A stretch of DNA of 64,000 bases. Source: Eledone cirrhosa. Its lineage: Eukaryota. Where the stretch lies: positions 248,434,001-248,498,000 of the forward strand of contig OZ024743.1 in assembly GCA_964016885.1 (NCBI GenBank), read 5' to 3'. The number at the start of each line of letters is the position of its first letter. The first letter of the stretch is position 1. The notes beneath the pieces are model-generated. The model was not told where the DNA came from. It was given only the letters and a program-made list of their open reading frames with translations, and searched no databases. This document shows positions 60,799-64,000 of this stretch, in pieces. Made by a program: the position numbers and the translations under genes.

Positions 60799-61473
60799 TC
60801 TAAGGCGGGTAAAATTCCCGAGATCCATGGACGAGTTCTCTCCAGCGGTCTCTATCCCTCATTATCGCTGCCATGTCCTGCGTCTCCAACAGATCAGTGT
60901 CTGTCCTTAGGGCATCAACATACGTTAACCTTGGTCTTCCTCTTCTAGTGTGTCCATGTAGGGGCTCCCAAAGGAGCACTGAGTGCAATGTCAACTCTGG
61001 ATGTCGGTGAGCATGTCCAGCTAACCTCAGTTTCCTCTGTGTCACTTTTGAGCTGACTTTTGGGATGCTCCCATACAGCTCTGAGTTTTTCATCCTCAGT
61101 GTATACTGATTAATGTTGAGAGCCATCCTCAGCATTCTCGTGTAGCACCCATCCACCATCTGAGGATTTGATGCGGGAGGTTGAGACTGTGTCGATGAGT
61201 GTGGGGCTGAGAATCAATGAGACTAAAACAAAATATCTGGTAGAGAATGTTGAGAAGCCAGAGGGGATCACTAATGTAGGCGGGAAGCCATTAGAATTGG
61301 TTGAGGGCTTCCTGTATTTGGGAGCAAAGATTGGGAATACGGAAGATGATGTGGTTGAGAAGAAGAGCAAAGCCTGGGCGGTGTGCCACAGCTTGAGATC
61401 GGTGTGGAAGTCGGACCTTCGTAAAGACCTGAAAATCCGCCTCTTCATTGCTGTAGTGGAGTCTGTGCTGCTG
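60799..61473 (-). mobile_element. RTE-like LINE with 5' inversion, in (TA)n
   Basis: The 3' part on minus (60800-61158, DGCYTRMLR..LAGH..GRP) is joined to the upstream RT segment on plus (61159-61473, GLRINETKTKY..FLYLG..VESVLLY). Confidence 0.85.
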
Positions 61474-61504
<31 letters not shown>

Positions 61505-61706
61505 CTTCTTTAGGTTTGTTGGTTCACCACTGGATAGAACTGGTCATTCCGTATGGTCAATCCTGGTGTAATATTGTGAAGAGTACTCAACGCAGTGCAG
61601 TTCACCCATCTTCGTTTGTGTAGTTGGTGGTGCGAATACGGAGTTAATTAGGAATAAAATAAAATAACAGGAGGCTGGACTGGTGTAAATCCTTGAAAGG
61701 TTTATT

Positions 61707-61764
61707 ATACTATGATCATTTCAATGACCGGGTTCCATATGAATCCGGTGATATCATCAGGTAT
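61707..61764 (-). ncRNA. Type I hammerhead ribozyme, canonical core (E7 main copy)
   Basis: AUAC-CUGAUGA-uauc[ACCGGauuc auaug gaacCCGGU]cauu-GAAA-UGAUCA-UA-GUAU; palindromic stem III AUGAUCAU. Confidence 0.82.
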
Positions 61765-62579
61765 TGGAATATAACAAAGGAATATGTAAAAAACCATGGG
61801 TCCGAAAAATCAGAGACAGAGACAAAGAGGACGACTGACCAACTAGCTGCTCGGCCAGTCGCCCTCAAAGTGGTGGTTACTGAATCTACTAATGAACATT
61901 TGGTGAGGGGGCGAAGGCTTATAATGCACTACCACCACTCCGTCAAAGAAAAAGGGGAAGAAAGAAAGAAAGGGAGAAAGAAGTGTAGTGTAAGGGTCAT
62001 ACTACATTCATGCTAGAAAATGCCGCGAAAAAATGCTACTCCAAAGAATCTATAATGGGTGTCTGTATGGTCTAATGTGTGAACCGAAGATTGGAACGTT
62101 AAACTTGTGTTGTGAGTTATAGGATGAAATTAAATTAAATTAAAAATATTAAATTACAAAATGATAAATTGAAAAATAAGTTATTAGAGAATTAAAGGTT
62201 AAGGTAGCGAGATTTATTTATTTAATGAACTTGCGGAGAGAGTCTTATAAGAAAAAATTTATCTTGTTAAGATATTAGGATGGGATATAGAGTAAAGATT
62301 TCGATTGGGAGTCCCAGCCAGCACCCCTCACCCCCCCCCCCCCATGAGTCAGCCTGTCTCGAGTGGTATCGTCCAGCGAGAAATGGAAATTAATTTTTCC
62401 GAGTACTCTAGGAACGTAGCTACCTTAGGCCCTGGGAGCGCTAGCGGGAACTCCACAATTTCGACAGGCCATCGTCTATACCAAACGAATACTATTAAAT
62501 CACACATGAGGGGTTTATTTGTCTCTGTCTCTGATTTTTCGGATCCATGGTTTTTTACATATTCCTTTGTTATATTCCA

Positions 62580-62637
62580 ATACCTGATGATATCACCAGA
62601 TTCATATGGAACCCGGTCATTGAAATGATCATAGTAG
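62580..62637 (+). ncRNA. Hammerhead ribozyme, inverted copy (E7)
   Basis: Same core; one mismatch each in stems I and II. Confidence 0.75.
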
Positions 62638-62712
62638 AATAAACATTTCAAGGATTTACACCAGTCCAGCCTCCTGTTATTTTATTTTATTCATATATAT
62701 ATATATATATAA

Positions 62713-62786
<74 letters not shown>

Positions 62787-62789
<3 letters not shown>

Positions 62790-63585
62790 TTTGATAGGTT
62801 TCGCCCAGTATTGGCCCAGGCCATGTCTAACTTAATAGCACCACCTGGCGAAGTCTTACAAATCAGTGTTTGGACACCATGGCCCACTCGAGCAGAGAGT
62901 TATTATTTACGGAGGCATATCCGGGTGTAGGAGGCTTATCCGGGATTTCTTGAAGGAATTTATCCAAAGACTTCTTGAACTTGATGGGGTCTGTCTCTGC
63001 TTTGATGTGTTTTGGTGTAATGTTAAAGAGTGCAGGGCCAAGTGAGGTGAAATAATTGTGCCGTATTGTTGTTATGTGATGCGAGTGGGATTTTTGTCGT
63101 GGGTGGATAGCATAGGGCCCAAGCCTTCGGTGTACACTAAAGGTGATGCCAACATCATTTGGGCTAAGCTGATGGAATATTTTCCACATCATACAGATAA
63201 TGTAGCGCTCACGGCGACGTTGAAGAGAATAAAGTTTGAGCTTTTCTAATCGACCCCAATAGTCAAGGCCTGTCATGCCAACTATCTTTTTTGTAATTGA
63301 CATTTGGGGTGCTTCAACTTTCATGATACTTTGTTTCGTGCGGGGTAACCACAGTGGACAACAGTATTCAAGGTGGGGTCGGGCAAAAGTGGAGAAGTGG
63401 ATAACTCTCGACTGGAAAGTTCTGAGAATCCAGGAACACATTCTGTGGGCCATATCAACTTTGCTGTTTATATGAGTGGCCCAGCTTATGTTGTTGTCCA
63501 CAATTACTCCCAGGTCTCTGATGTTATTGGAAGCCACCAGAGTTTCACCTGAAGGAAGAGAGTATGGTAGTTTCAGGGCATCCAT
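62787..63585 (-). mobile_element. CR1/L2-group LINE 3' fragment (second family)
   Basis: RDLGVIVD, RPHLEYCCPLW, LYSLQRRRER, LD.FL..IPD.P; the 3' end abuts (TA)n. Confidence 0.88.
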
Positions 63586-63586
63586 A

Positions 63587-64000
63587 TCATCATCATCATC
63601 ATCATCATCATCATTTTACGTCCGCTTTTCCCTGCTTGCAAGGGTGGGACGGGTCTTATTCAGCACAGCATCTCTCCACTCGTCACGGTCCCTCGTCATC
63701 TCCACCGTGAGCTTCAATGATCTGAGGTCTGTTCTCACCACCTCCGCCCATGTTTTTCGTGGTCTACCTCTACCACGTCTTCCTTCAACTGGCATTTCCT
63801 GGCACTTCTTCACCCATCGGTCATCCTCCATGCGCATCACATGTCCATACCACCTCAGTCTCCTCTCCCGTACACTACATTCTATCCCTCTCAGACACAG
63901 TTTCTCTCTCAACACATTTATGCTGGGTCGTTCACGCACATTTACACTGCACATCCAACGGAGCATGCTTGCCTCATTTCTCTCCAGCCGTCGCATATCT
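63587..64000 (-). mobile_element. RTE LINE 3' end (runs off window)
   Basis: Translation differs from the 32.4-kb copy by one residue over 126 aa; (CAT)n tail. Confidence 0.92.

Larger units (their letters stand above)
61505..62692 (-). mobile_element. E7: non-coding PLE-type terminal-repeat element with 175-bp inverted copy, flanked by (TA)n
   Basis: Inverted repeat 61652-61826 vs 62518-62692 containing a canonical hammerhead; no RT sequence recognised. Confidence 0.75.

Noticed and set aside
61693-62651. Paired ORFs sharing YYDHFNDRVPYESG
   Set aside because: Antisense readings of the ribozyme-containing inverted repeat; no protein motif.

Overview
AT-rich, repeat-saturated animal genomic DNA. 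The SINE, RTE and MITE repertoire suggests an octopod cephalopod (inference). Two host genes are partly visible and converge: the last coding exon of a probable MDP1 phosphatase (+, 1016-1122) and the last three coding exons of a CRAL-TRIO/Sec14 protein (-, 49864 to 35476). The ~33 kb between them, and the far right end, hold kb-scale (TA)n arrays carrying a dense set of Penelope-like retroelements (PLEs; Naiad-like, Neptune-like and one unassigned clade). Six PLE insertions have an inverted copy of their own 3' terminus. I can read 12 type I hammerhead ribozyme (HHR) motifs from seven insertions, plus two to three relics. The two Naiad-like families have unusual catalytic cores (CCGAAGA and CAGAAGA instead of CUGANGA). 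Two insertions are non-coding, HHR-bearing foldbacks made only of terminal repeats. Also present: RTE, CR1-type, L1/Tx1 and CRE-type LINE fragments, tRNA-derived SINEs, TTAA-flanked piggyBac-like MITEs, a non-autonomous Helitron and a palindromic 60-bp minisatellite. All YI-rich ORFs are microsatellite artefacts. Family assignments come from motif recognition by eye, not database searches.
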